From NCBI GenBank assembly GCA_964304625.1, contig OZ199839.1, forward strand, positions 11,430,195 through 11,494,194: a stretch of DNA of 64,000 nt, read 5' to 3'. This stretch comes from Kudoa neothunni (lineage: Eukaryota; Animalia; Cnidaria). The notes beneath the pieces are model-generated. The model worked only from the letters and a program-made list of their open reading frames with translations. It did not search any database and was not told where the DNA came from. Positions 41,277 through 55,502 of this stretch are shown here, piece by piece; position 1 is the stretch's first letter, and the number at the start of each line of letters is the position of its first letter. The translations under genes were made by a program, and so were the position numbers.

Positions 41277-42927
41277 GTAATGGTAAAGTACGTAACTCCA
41301 GAAAAACACCATCTTGCGTCCGTTTTTACTCGTTTTTTCTTTTACGATTATCAATAATAAATCAAAAGAATACTGAGTGCAAATAAATTACTTCTAAATT
41401 TTTCCCTAATTCCCATTCGACTACAGTCGGGTACACGTGTAATCCATATCATTTTGCAATAAACATCCAAAAATAACTGATTACTTATTTATTTTATCCC
41501 AATTAGTATACTATAACCATTATTTCAGTTTTCTTAATATTCAAAAACCAAATTTAGTGTAGTAAGCCTTCTAAATATGCTTGTCAAATATTAAGAAGTA
41601 ATGTGTCATCTATCTTTATTTTTAAATGTCAAATTAACTTTTAAACCATTTAGTAACATTTACAATTGTTTATTTTAGTTTATAAATTTTTATTAAATAA
41701 TTATCGTTAGTGAAGTAATTTTTATACACCAATTAGTTGTGAAATTGAGACTAACAATAATTATATTAATCGTACATTGATATTTATGGTTATAAAATCG
41801 AAGAAAGGCATTAATTAAAAATACACCAATGCGTATTTTATTCATCTGAAGATAATAAATTAGAGCACTTTTACAAATAATAAATCGTATATATTATCTA
41901 TTTATTTCTAAATACGACATAAAAAATATTATTAATGTATATTACAAATTTTATTTATTGGGTCAAAGATATTTATTTGAATAAAATAATGAAACATTAT
42001 TGTTAAAATATATAGCCAAGCTTTGTAATGAAATAATTTATAATTTAATATGTATGTTACGCTAAAATCAATCGTTGCAACAACTACCATGCTGTTAACG
42101 CGCAGCTGAAGTGTTGTACAATGAATTGGATGTATGGTCAATTTTATGAAGATTTATTCGTTCAAATTTTCTTAAAAATTTTAATATAGCATTTTCTAAA
42201 CGAATATATATTTTAGTATTGTTAATTTTTTAGTTGAACTAACGGAAGCCATACTAGAGAAAAAATACGGTTTCAGGGGGACACACTAGTTTTACACATT
42301 AAGTCGTTATTCTGTAGAAGATAAGTAATTTTTATAGCTTTGAGTGAAGGCATAGTCAATGTGATTTCTCTCACAGCACGAAGTTTCTGTCATTGTTCTC
42401 CTTACATTTAATGTTCTCTTTTTTAAAGTAAAGGTTTCAAAATTCCAGCATTTAAAATCACATCTTTTTGAAGCAGCTTCAAGGTAACCCTTTGTTACTA
42501 ATTTATGAAATAACCTATCATGATCATTAACCAAACAGAAAAAGTCATAGTTCCCTCTAAACTTAAAAGCTCCATTATCGCGATTTTCACGTAGTAAATA
42601 AACACAGAAAAAATTAATATCACTTTTATTAAAACTAATATAAGATAGAAATTTTAGATAATTTGCCAAATAAGTAAATAATCAGCTATTTTTCGATGTT
42701 TATTGCAAAACGATTGGATTACACGTGTACCCGACTGTAGTCGAATAGGAATTAGGGAAAAATTTAGAAGTAATTTATTTGCGCTCAATATTTGCACTCA
42801 GTATTCTTTTGATTTATTATTGATAATCGTAAAAGAAAAAACGAGTAAAAACGGACGCAAGATGGTGTTTTTCTGGAGTCACATAATTTACCATTACCGA
42901 ACTTTATATATATATATATATAGTAGA
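41277..42927. repeat. Inverted pair of about 220-bp repeats (41277-41490 and 42668-42899), probably Helitron 5' regions
   Basis: Near-identical reverse-complement blocks. The right copy continues into ...TATATATAGTAGA|T, the same 5'-TCTACTATATA Helitron start seen at 26643. Confidence 0.65.
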
Positions 42928-44354
42928 TGATTCTAAATTAAATATTGTAAAATTTAATAATCAATCTTCCTTGTCGGAACGTATGGTTTTCATAGTGTTA
43001 GGTGGTTTTTGATCCCCTAAAAGCTAACCTTAATTCAGGGATTCCCAACTGGGGGTGCGAAATTTGGTCTCAGTTAATGCGAGATCCGATCAAAATTGGA
43101 AATTAATTTTGATAAATTTTGAATCAATTACATCTTATCGTATGCAAAGGGTTGTGAGACAAGTTTTAGTTGAGAAGCGCTGCCTTAATTATTACTTGCT
43201 CGTGCTCGACGTATATTTATAAACGCTTGAATCTTATCTAATTAGTCTTATACAAATTTTATTATACTAACAAAAACTGCCTAGCTTCGCACAGTATTGA
43301 GAAAATTACATCCTAGAAGAATACGGTCATAAAATAAAGAAATATAAGACACTTGAGTAACCCAAAGGAGAAATTAAATAAATCCTTTTTTAAAATATCA
43401 CTCTTTTAACGACTGTGATGGGAAAAGTAAATGATAGTGATCATTTTAGAGAGATAATGAAAGTAGCAAAATCTGAATAACTCGATAATAACTTAGGTTA
43501 ATTAATTTTTATTGCTCATATTAATATCTTTATCGGAATCATTTTTATACTCTCTCCTCAAAACTGTTGTGTAGCCTCTTAATATAAACAAACATATGTT
43601 AGATAATTAGATAAAGTAAGATTTAAGTCAATACATTAACCCTTATCACTTAAAATTAAATCTAACGATCGCTATAATGAAATTTGAGGGCCTAGTTTTA
43701 GTATGTAAGGATTGAATCCATCATATTACAACAGTATAACAGACGCTTCCAATTCTTCATTAATTTAGCAAATTTTTATATTTTTGCTATATTAAATGTC
43801 ACCTTAGAACTTTTAAAGTGTACTTATCGAACCAAATATATTGAAAGCTCCAAAAATAAGTAATGGATTTAAGCACACATCTACTTTAAATGTACAGATA
43901 GATTAGCGATATAAGATGTATCTTGAAATCGTGGATTTATAGCATAAGTTTGAACCATTAAAACGTTCGAAATAACTTGCAAAAGTTCAGTGTACATAAG
44001 TGTCACCATGAATAAACAAATATAGTCCTATTATTGAAACCACGTAATAAGTTTAACAAACCTAACAATGAGGACAACACAATTTCCTGCATTAATTTTG
44101 AACTTTAGTCAGTGTAGTAACAAATGAGAGAATTTTTAGATTATTTTAAACTATTAACAGCTGCATAAATATCTACCTATAAGGAAAAAGTTTTGTGGCA
44201 CACACCGACACTACTACTTTGTATGTATATAGATATGATTAAATGAAAAAAGAAATTTTACAATTATTTTTGCAAAGCAACTTATTTTTAAAAAATCGGT
44301 GATACACTTTTATCTCGTACCATAAAAATGAAGTCCTTCGACAAAAAAATAAAA

Positions 44355-46312
44355 TTAAGAACAAAAATCATTATATGAGGTAGAATCAAGAGTTTCCGAG
44401 TAGTTGGAATGATCATCAGCAGAATCTGTTTGATTGGGGACGAGAATTGGGGATACTTGCATATCAAGATTGTTAGGGTGACAAAGAAAAATTTTCGAAG
44501 CAAGGTAACCTCTGAGTTTCCATTCACCATCGTCATCTATAGTTATTAAAAGTAAAATAAATAAACAACCACCATACAAAACCAAACTCTGAGCGAGTGT
44601 TGGCCAAATCCAGAACTTGCTATCATAGTGCCATAGTCGTTCCACTTAAGTCGAAGCACCTACACATAAAAACCAGACGAATTAGACATTATCATAAAAA
44701 TGACCCTAATAAATTTACATTCGAACATTGACTGTTTTCAGGGGAATAAATTTTATGCAACACAATTCTATCGTTAGAACTAAATATAAATTAAATGGAC
44801 TTTAATTCACACTAATTGAGCTTATATAGCATATAGAGTAAAATGCAAGAGTTTTACTCGAAAAGAACACGTATAATGCGTACATAATTGGAAGCTATAG
44901 CCAACAGACTATAAGGTCTACATTCTCATATACATTAGAAGAAAATATGATGCATTAAATTAAGAGTGGTTCACCTAGCAACATCGGGACAGAAACTGAC
45001 CGCATTCACCGATTCAGTCCAAATGGAAGTCAAATAGAAATTTTTAACGATCTTCTTATGAGGAACCATAAACCATCGATTATGTTTTTTGTTGTACATA
45101 AGAAATTGAAGGGTGGAGTAAGGTGGTGAATCGGTTTTGATATTGGGTTTATTAAATTTGGGTGAATGATTATTGAAACCGATTGCGACCATCAAGGGTA
45201 GATTGCTATCAACAGGATGATATCAACATTAGCGAATAGATCATTACAAACTATTCAACCAAGATATTGATGAAATGGACATGTTAAATTGGATTTGAAA
45301 CTAATTGAACATCTTAAATAGAAATCGATTAAAATTCGCAGAAACCTTCAAACACCAAAGATGTAACTGATTCGGATCCACTGAATCATACAGACGAAGA
45401 ACTCCATCAACAGATGATGAAACCTGCCAGAAAATATTAAATATAAGGGAGAAAAATAGATTTTATTTACCAGCATAAGCTGGGAGAAGGTTGGGAGATT
45501 TTTTTTGTAGGCTAATTGTATATCGGTTATTTGTTGGGTTGAATCGTCGAAGACGTGTATCAATTGCTACCGAAAATCACTATATATTTAAAAATAAAAT
45601 ATGCTAAATTAACCCAATAGCGAGTGTTGGGTCGATTGTCAGTACACCTAACCATTTTAGAGAAGGTAGATGTGAATTGTAGGCGTAGAAATGACGAACT
45701 CTGTCTCGCTTGTCTACCAAACATCATTTTGCTTCCAGTGGGATTGAACATCACATGTGGGGTATCTAAGTTAATTACATGTAAAGTTTAACTATCATAA
45801 GAAATTAATGATGATCTACCTTCTAAAGTTTCCATCCATAATTTCACATAACCGTCCGCTCCAGAGCTAAGTATGAATTGGCCTAAGTATGGTGGTAGCC
45901 ACAACACCTTCAAAACTGCACCATAATGTGCCTAAAAATAATTATTGTTAAAATCACAGTTTATGAAAAAATCTAAAATTTACAGTCCAGTGTCCGGTTT
46001 TAATCCATTTTATGGGTTGGTTTGTGTTACTCGAAGAAACGAGATTATTTTCATTAATTTTATTGCTGTCCCAAATCTAATGCATATAGAATGGGAGATG
46101 ATAAGTTTATCTATATTGGGCACCAAAATTACTTGAACCGAATGATCACTGCTACTACACGCTATTCGTTTACCATGATAGTCATAAAACAATGAAGTAA
46201 TAAGACATTTTTGAGTGTATTTAATGGGTTTAAAATTGACCGTATTTTTGGCGGAGAACATTTTATGCTTTTTTTCCTCATACTCTAATTGTTTGTAATA
46301 GCTCGGTAACAT
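44355..46312 (-). CDS. SEH1L: Nucleoporin/GATOR2 subunit SEH1 (WD40), multi-exon
   Basis: YDYHGKRIACSSSDHSVQ|IWD, HYGAVLKVLWLPPYLGQFILSSGADG, VNAVSFCPDVAR, VLRLKWNDYGTMIASSG, GEWKLRG. The start may be the second Met (MFSAK). Confidence 0.88.
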
Positions 46313-46614
46313 AGATTTGGGTTAGTTTAAGCTGAATTTTTTATATTTTAATCCTTACACGCAAGCGCACAGTAAATATGTGAATAATATTCTCAACTTA
46401 TATGTATTTCTGTGAATATCTTTGATTAATAATAATTTTTTTGCATTAAATAAATTATTTTCACCTCTCTAAACGAAATTTTGCAACATCAAGCCCTTTC
46501 AATACACCTATTGATCGCACACAATACTAATAGTATTAGTCAGTGGAAACCAGTGAATAGAGTTTGCGTGTATGGGATTGTTTGAAAAATTCCGTAATAA
46601 TTGCTTGAACTATA

Positions 46615-49600
46615 ATGCTAACTAAAATTTCTACTCCAATCAACAATGAAGTACCGGATAGTGGTCTTTGCATTCAACTTCACCAAATGTGCACCTACGG
46701 TTACCCAATGGACGTATCTTGTAGCACATTTGATCCAATAGCTGGACTTCTCATTATTGGCAACTCTTCTGGACACATTAAAATTGTGGGAGACAGTTTA
46801 ATTGAATACGATTTTAACATAAACAATGTATTTTACGCCGATTCTGGAGGTGGCCTCGATGAAAATAATAATAAATCATTACGTCTCTCTACCGACAATT
46901 CCAACCCCCTATTTAGCTATAGTTCGAGCTGCGATAAATCCAACTCGAAATCATTCAAGTTACGTTTTATGAAAATATTTAAAAAATCCATTTCAAAAGA
47001 TGAACCTCAAACCAACCAAACCACTAACCTCTCTAATTCGGATGCGGTCCCAACTAGAGCAGGTAGCGGCCTGGCGGAGGGTGATATTTCTACCGATAAT
47101 ACCCAAGATCATAAAACCAAGCCTAATTCCCTAGGAATCACACATTTGATTGTGAATCATTTGGATGTAAATTTTTAGAGGTGATTGTTTTTTAATTTAA
47201 TCTAGAAACAGCTTTTGGTGATTGATACTGACTCTCGTCTGAGTAGTTGGGATTTGGGATGTGTCGTTTCAGGGAAGTTACGTTTATTGTCGGAAATACA
47301 ATTCAAATATGGTGAGAAGTAATTTTTTATCTCTAAGGAATAAAATATTTAATCTAAATAAATAAACTTATTATTAGGTTAACAACTATGTGCATGTTGA
47401 ATGGGGCCAATAAAAGTGACTATAGAAAATTTGTTTGTTGTGGAACTGCAAAAGGAAATGTCTATATGGTTTCATTGACGGATATGAGTCTTCAAAACTA
47501 TTGTATCTATTGGAATAAATCGTGTAAAGGGTGATTTTTTTCTTGATTCATGTTTGATTTTTTCTACACCAAATATCCACCATTATTTAGTGCCACTGCT
47601 AAATCACCCGGAGAGATTATTTATCTTCATCCCAATATCGATAAAAATCCAAATTATGTAAATTCGTCAAATTTTTTAATGACACTTTCTCATACTACTA
47701 TATATTTAGCTTCTTATTGGTTTTAAACAAGGTGTGCTATCATTATGGAATATTTCCGAGAAGTTTCAGCACAAACTAGTTCGTTTAAAAGAGGTTTCTT
47801 ACAACTAGCTTTATAAGTTGATACAACTAATACTTTAGTGTATTGTTAGCTGCAACATTGTGGAAGAAAACAACTTACTTTTTGCTGGAATGAGTGATGG
47901 AAGAGTGTGTGTAGTGTGTGTCTCAACTATGAGCGTGCTCTCTGAGCATTATCCTAACAATTATCTTTTAAATTATCATCAAAATCGTAAGTTCTGCAAT
48001 TCCCCGATTGCAGATAGTCTTCAATGTTTTATGTTGGTTGATGAAATATCCTCTTCGACTGCCAATGACACTTTATCCCCTCAAAAAATGGAGGAAACTC
48101 TCACTCTGAAATCCATCACTATTTTAAAATGTTGTGCTTTATCCAATAGGTTCTTTGAGATTGTCAATAATTATAAAGTTGTTTAAAATGGTCTTTAGCT
48201 TGAATTTGGTGGTGTTTTGCGGGGGAAATGTGAACACTAACTCCCCTGATGATATGAGCTACAATATTTTTATGAATATTGTGGAGGTGAATCGTAGTAG
48301 AAATAATTCGGCTAATTGTGTAGTTCATCTACCTGTCCCTATCGTTTATAAAGATGCCATCGATATTCACATCCACCGTAATTCATTTTTTACTAATTAT
48401 ATATATATATATATACTCGTGAATTATGATGGTAGGAAATGAAGACGAAATCTTCACGATTGTTCTCCATACGAATGGGATGGAATCATTCGTGTCAAAG
48501 GTTGATGAATTGATAAAACGACTCACCAACTCAGTGCCATGTCAATCCAATCCACAAAACCTTCCCAATTGCAGTTTGATCACCAACCCTTCTTCAAACA
48601 CCTCAACCGCTAACAAATTGTATAATGTTTCGACAAAATTTGTTTTAATTTTTTTAAAGAACATTTAAATCAATCGAATCACCATACTCTTTTCTAAACA
48701 ACAATGCTTCAATACAACATATGTCAATTTATACATCAACATTCATAGTATTGAATATGATGAGGGCTTTTCCTGAATCCTTCGATGTATTTTTAATTTC
48801 ATTTTTTTCTTATATTCTATGGGAATAGAAAACTGAGAAAATGCAATTGGCCTATTGAGGGTGGTTGCGTTGGAGAGGGATATCAGTCAAAAAAGTCAAC
48901 TTCCGTAGTTATTTTGGACGTATTTCTTTAACTTTATTAATTAATTTTTATTATATTTTAGTCATTCTGATGGAACCTTCTCCATTTGGAAGTGTGTAAA
49001 AATGTAGCTGAACTTTCTTTTATTTTTATATTTTTCGATGATTGTTGTTTTGTTGAAATTATTTTATTTAGCGGGAATGAGTTTAATTTTCAAAATCAAC
49101 ATAAATTATGATTTGAATAAATAATTCTTATAAAAAAAACGAAAATATTATGGTATACATAACTAATTGTATGATTTAATAATTTTAACTGTAGAATAAT
49201 GATGAAGGTAACTCCCCAGACAACAATACAAAGGATATTGTTGACCTGAATGGAAATAAAATGTTCATTACAACATCTATTGGAGTATACCATCATCTTA
49301 ATAATTCTCGGTCGTCCTTATTTGAAGAATTTGTTGATTTTGTACCAAAGTTTTATAATCAACATGCCCTGCTTACAGTGACTATCAACAACTCCACTGT
49401 TTGTGTCTATTCGCTCGATCCACATAGTGAAATTTTAAAAGGTTTTAATACAGTCCGAACTATAGTGTTTCGTGTGGAGAAACAAAAATCGATTTCTATA
49501 TTAAGTTCTACTGAGTCCCTCGATCCTTACACTCATTATAAATTCGATCCACATTCAAACTCCAATGAGTTACTTCCTATCAAATTAGTGAATGTATTTA

Positions 49601-51558
49601 GGTTTGCTCGAGAAGATAATACACACACGAAACGACTCAATGTTACATTTTTAGAACATTTCAATGTGTAAGTCTTATACAATACTTTCTGGAGATGTAG
49701 AATTTGTAGGTTTATAATGAGTGTTGACAATCTAATAGCTATCATTTCTTTTCCCACATTCGAGGTTAAATATGTCACATCTATTGCAGATATTTTTCTT
49801 GGTAGATTGTGCTTTAGATTTAGTTTTTATAATATTATTGAAGCGCTTAAAATAAGTATCTTTGAACAATCCTCTGTTGAAACTTCCGAGGAGACGGTAT
49901 ACGTTAAGTTGGGTGGGGGCAAAAGTCCCAAAAAATTCGTTTGACCACTATATCTCCAATCATTTACTTGAACAAGAACATAATATTGTCATCGAATCCA
50001 TTCATTTGATTTCTATTGATAAAAAAAGGTATTGTTGATGTGTAGTTATACAGAATGCAGTTGGTTATAGATGCAGGAGAAAACAAATGGGTCTACATTT
50101 TTTTGATAGTTCTCAATGAAGGTTCAATTGTAGAATTTATTGTTGCAGATTCGTTGATTCCTTCATTCTGTAAGTCGTTTATTGTATTGTTTGAAATATA
50201 ATAATATTGATGTACAAATTAAGATCTATTACATTTTCCTTTTTTGTAATGCGACGAAAAAATGCGCTCCTCAACCATATCAATCTATTAAACTTCATAT
50301 TCTCCTCGATAACAACAACTTTGTTTCATCAGATGACCAAATTTTAGGTTTCTTTGTTGTAATTGTTTAAATTTAATTCGAAAAATATTTAGAGGATCCA
50401 TCTGGAAACCAATCTCGAAAAATCAAATTGGTCATGATGGTAACACCGTTGTCGATTTTAGTATTCATCTTTTTAATGTATTGAATGTTTAATTATTATT
50501 TAAGGTCTACCAATACGAGTACGATACAGCAATTAAGCAAAATTATTTGTTCGAAAATTCCACTTATAGTTTAACGTCGAATTCCGAACCCATTTTAGCA
50601 TCAGCGGGATTCACTATAGAAAGTGATGTTCGATCATAATTACTTCTGCTGAAATTAACTGATTAGATCACCCAATGTTAACATTGGCCCACAGAAGTAG
50701 TGAAAAATGTTTATTGATAACACATAACACTGTGGAGTGTATTGGAAGGTGGCAACTCACCACCAAAATCATTTCGTCTTGAACGACATTTTATGTATTC
50801 AAGAGTAGTTATAATTTAGATTTCTAAGTATTCCTAGGAACAACTTTGAAGTGGGACCATTAATAGTGCCATATGATAAAGCGGAAATCTATTTATTGCT
50901 CAATCATTATACTGAAATCACAAATTCGTACCCTCCCACCGAAACCTACTCGATCATAAGAATCCATCCATTTGTTAAAAGTGATTCAAATGAACCAGAC
51001 CCGTAAATTTTGACGAAACTTATCAGTCATAATTTGTTGGGTTTATTTTTAGAGAGAAAGAGCCAATGGATGAGTTCTATCCTTCACTTCTGCTGTCAGA
51101 CCCTAATATAAGGACATCTCATCGAAATGTAACGAACGACAGTGAGAAATGGAATAAGTTTTTGAACTTTTTTCAAAATTCTTTTTCTACCAATAAATCG
51201 ATGGATTATGAAATAATTTGTGAGTTTTTAGTTAGTTTATTTGTTCTTGATTACGATAATTAGTCTCCAAATCCTCGGACATTGCGGTTATGAGTTCAGT
51301 GGCAACCACCAAAAATGTCTGCTTATCGAAATCTACGACGGATAGTGCGATGGAAGCTAATGATCCTTTAAGGAAGGTATTCTTAAAACAATAAATTTCG
51401 CCATGCTAACTATCTCATATTTGTAGGCTTTTCTGGAGAGAGAGAAAAAACTCAAAGATGCAGAGATAGCTTCTAAAAATATGGCAGATGGTGCCAAAAA
51501 TTTCAATGATAATATTAGTAGGTTGTTAGATAAAAGAAATAAAAAAAGATGGTTTTAG
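46615..51558 (+). CDS. STXBP5: Tomosyn / syntaxin-binding protein 5 (Lgl-family WD40 plus C-terminal R-SNARE motif), multi-exon, with apparent local frameshifts
   Basis: N-terminal YGYPMDVSCSTFDPIAGLLIIGNSSGHIKIVG, LLIGFKQG, WPIEGG, HSDGTFSIW. C-terminal AFLEREKKLKDAEIASKNMADGAKNF...KKRWF* matches the tomosyn VAMP-like tail. Confidence 0.85.
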
Positions 51559-52399
51559 TCATATTTTTGTTGTTTTAATTTTGTTACTTTAAAGTTTTCC
51601 TATTTTCCGTAATTATTTTTTATGGACATAAAAAGTTACTTATTATATATAAATATTCTTATTTCCAATTATTTTGCTATTTTAGAGCTTAAGTATGATT
51701 TCATATAATTCTCATTTGATTTAATATACAAGAATGATAAATTAAAAATTATTTAAATTAACATAGTAGAAATCTGATTAGACTAAATCATCTCGTTAGC
51801 GTCGGTAAGAGTATGCAAAATTAGCCACACACGGTTTTACACACTTTTCGGTCGCGTACACAATAATGAATGGAGCTCTTTAATAGGATTAAATTTTAAA
51901 AAATAAAAATTCATAATTATCTGATTGGGGTTTTCAAACTAATTTATAATAATATTTCTCCGTTGATAATGGCAAGATCGATTGATCTTTGGGTGAATTA
52001 TTTTAATTGGATTAAATATATTAACAATATTTTCAAAAATAACGTTGTATTTTCGATTTTTAGATGTCATTAAGTGTGGATGTGTTAGAATGCTTTGTAG
52101 TTTAGGATTTGACCCTTGTTTTAGGGAAAATACGAAACTATTTAAAATTCAAGAATGAATATCCTAACTACGCCCGAGATTGAGCATTTTCCACTTTGAA
52201 TAACCTCTAAATCTCAAAAAATATTTTAATATCTAATGGAATTTATTAAAGTAAATATTAGTTAATTTCCACCCCTCTTTAAAGTCCTTGAAGGGAGGAA
52301 ATAAAACTATTTTAGTGAAATAATACAAAATTGTTAAGTCTACCTAATCCGCATTTTTCAGTAATTTAAAAAATTTTATATTTTTAATAATAAATATAA

Positions 52400-52490
52400 A
52401 ATTTGTTGATAATATCATGAATTCCTCGATGTTCCATGAGTGATTATCCATCAGTAATAAAATTGAATCGCACATGTGAGTTTAATGGCA
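52400..52490 (-). mobile_element. Possible pogo/Tigger DDE transposase trace
   Basis: The minus strand reads ILLLMDNHS, typical of pogo/CENP-B-type DDE domains. Nothing else recognisable. Confidence 0.3.
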
Positions 52491-52678
52491 GACCGATTAA
52501 AAATTTAACCTATATGTTACATATACTATTCATCAATTGCTCTGGTTTCATATTTGTATTTGTTTATCATTCCACATAATAAATTTTCAAATCAAAAAGT
52601 GCTAAGAGAAAATACACAGGGTTTGCCAGTGATCACGCGGCAGATATTGTGATGAATTGTTGAATATATTGATTTGAT

Positions 52679-53558
52679 GGCTATTCTTTACAAAACGGGA
52701 CTGCAGTAGGAAACTTTGTCGCGCGCGCCCGGAAAATAAAAAACTTCAGGAGAAATTTGGTCTAATTTCATCAGAGAAAACGTGTATTTGTGGGACGATG
52801 ATGCATCTCACATCAAATAAAAGTTGCCAAGATCTGTTTTTCTTCCGATGCCCGGGTTGTTTGAAGAAGCAAAATCTACGAGTTGGATCAATATTTCAGC
52901 ATTCTAAATTGCCACTATGGAAACTATATTTTTCCTCGTAAAAATTCAATTCAGCAAGGTTACCTACGAAGAAATACAAAGGCACGTTGGAATCCTCTCT
53001 TCAAAAGCAATATGTGATTGGTCTGAATTATTAAGGGAGTATTATCACATTGAAGATTACTGACGAGAGAAAAAAAATTGGCGGTGCAAATGTCGTTGTC
53101 CAGATCGATGAAACTGCGGTGATTAAACGAAAATATAATGTTGGTAGTATAGATGAGGAAGGTGAATGTTTTTTTGAACTGACGAAGAGAAGAAGCAGCT
53201 CTGTATTGGAAAAAATTATTCTCGATAATGTTGAAGAGAATTCTGTTATCTGAACTGATAGATGGAGAGGCTATAATCACCTGAACGATTTAGGATTTTT
53301 TCACGATACAGTCTGTCACAAATAAGATCGAAGCTACGTGGGGAGGATTTAAAAGGAAGTACCGAAATATTACAAATAAAAATGAAGAGTCATTATATGA
53401 CTTCATTTCGGATTATATATCCCGTAAAAATATAGAGGCGTCGAACTTAGCACTTTCTTTAAAGAAATTATGAATAATTCTTTAATATAATTTATTGTTG
53501 TTTTTTGCGATTTCCTCCAAAAGTTTCCGACTGTAGTCCCGTTTTGTAAAGAATAGCC
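52679..53558 (+). mobile_element. Merlin (IS1595-like) transposon, internally deleted
   Basis: About 40-bp TIR GGCTATTCTTTACAAAACGGGACT(G/A)CAGT.GGAAACTTT. Exact 8-bp TSD GATTTGAT (52671-52678 and 53559-53566). Transposase remnants KIGGANVVVQIDET..KRKYNVG, TDRWRGY, HDTVCH. Confidence 0.93.
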
Positions 53559-53650
53559 GATTTGATTTTATGAATATAAATTTTTTAATTAATAAACCAA
53601 TAAAAAGTAATATATTTGCCGTAAATTCAATAATTTAAAAATTGTTATAA

Positions 53651-54417
53651 CCCAAGTAAAATGGAGTAGATTTCTACCCCATATTTTACTTTCATAACAT
53701 TATTTGAAATGTTGATTCATGTAATTTTTAAAAATTTCCCGGAATTCTGTAGAGTAAATAATGAATAAATAACGAAACACTATACATAGGATGCCCGTCC
53801 GCATGCGCAATTTGAAATAATATGAGCATATAATCCTCTCCTGACTGAATACAACGATAACTCTTCGCACTCTGATTATTCTTATACTAATTATTCAAAG
53901 TATGAGACTCTTCACCAATTTGCTTAGTTCTACGCTGTAAAGCGCATCTAAAAACATACGTGAAAACTGTTATTCAGTATTCTTAGTTTCGTATTGTAAA
54001 TAGCGCTAAAAAACCAAATGATACAATTGTTTAACAATTTGACAAGTTTGGTGTTTTACAAAGAGTTTAAAAACATACATGATCACTTTTTAAAGAAATA
54101 ATCATTGTTTGCCATCATTTTGTGTTTTTCTGTACAATATTACACTGCGTCGTTTAAAACAAGATAAACTAATTGGCGACTGTTATAGAACTTGAATTAA
54201 ATGTTCAAAGTAATAAACTGCAGAAATACACCTATAAATACAATAATACTCCAAAGAAACGTACGTAACAACATTAATATCCGCGCATGCGTTCACAGAA
54301 ATCAACTTTAATAATTGGTCATTTATCCAAAATTTACGCGAACATTTTTCCTCATATTTTGTCAGTCAATGCTGAATTATATTTGGAGGATGTAATTTGT
54401 TCAGCTACTTAGAAGGG
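53651..54417. mobile_element. piggyBac-type MITE, longer relative of 14372-14838
   Basis: Left motif GG.GTAGATTTCTACCCC and right end CAGCTACTTAGAAGGG|TTAA. About 140 nt are shared with 14645-14838. Confidence 0.75.
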
Positions 54418-55502
54418 TTAAAAGTGTGTAAGCAGGCTACAAGGCGAAAACGTATTTTCATAGAAAAAGTCCCATTTTTGTTCGTAGTTTAATTTAAATT
54501 TTTCATCCGTCAAATAGAAACGTTAAATTTTTCTATTTATTTTTAATAATTATATAATCACAATATGAATTAAAATATTAAAGAAATAATTTTGCTAAAA
54601 TTATGCACAATTATTTCAATAATTGTAAAAAATTGATATACATTTATATATTTTCTAAAAGAAATTTGAAAGTGATTTTTTAATTTTTTTTTATTATTAA
54701 TTTAAAAGTTATCTTAAACAAAACAATATTAAAAGGGTGATAACATTATTCACATTACTAAATAAATAACTTAGTCCAATATCGGAATATAAGAATCATA
54801 GAGTACAATTTAATATTAATTAAACTGTCGACAAAAAATCGAATGATTAATTAATATTAAATTAATTTTATTCATGATAATAAATTCTTCTAAATAAGTG
54901 TTTTATCATGAATTAAAAAAATTTTTTCAGAGTATCACTGTAGATTTTTATTTTATGAACCTTCAGACAGACGCATGCGCGTCGAATTTGTTGTATTTTT
55001 AAGATTCTATGATTGTATATAAAAATAAATATTTTTCTATTAATCAATTATTAAGTTTTTTTAAATATATACAGTTGTACTCCGTAGTTAAAAAAATATT
55101 CATAGATTTACAGTAAGACAGCAGAAATTTGTTAATTATTTAACTGTATTATTACCTAATATAATAAAAAAATCGAATTTTATTTAAAAAAAGTTCATCG
55201 AAAATACATTCTTTATTAATATTTATGATTTTATAATGAATCTTATTTCAAATAAACAATAATTACTATCGATTAAAATTAATAAATGACCAAACTAATA
55301 TCGAGGTTTATTGTTAACGAAATAATATTTAAAATTATTCAGATGTAAACGTAGAATATATATAATAATATTTTACAAAAAAAGAAAGACATATTTAATA
55401 TATTTAATGGTTCCACAAAAAAATTATATATCTTTGTTTGAGAATGCAAAAGGATGAATTAATAAAATAATTAAATTTGATGATGCGACAACAATATCAT
55501 AA

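Noticed and set aside
42307-42669. 120-aa ORF as a host gene
   Set aside because: It lies among repeats, has no recognisable domain, and at most shows weak traces of a decayed transposase in mixed frames.
41166-42930. Repeated short ORFs (IIVKEKTSKNGRKMVFFWS; LHTLEYVG.ENFC) as a small gene family
   Set aside because: They are translations of non-coding dispersed repeats, with no shared start, stop or splice structure.
43100-44200. Possible Mutator-like transposase remnant (also 13500-14120)
   Set aside because: Only faint peptide hints and no TIR or TSD found, so there is not enough support.
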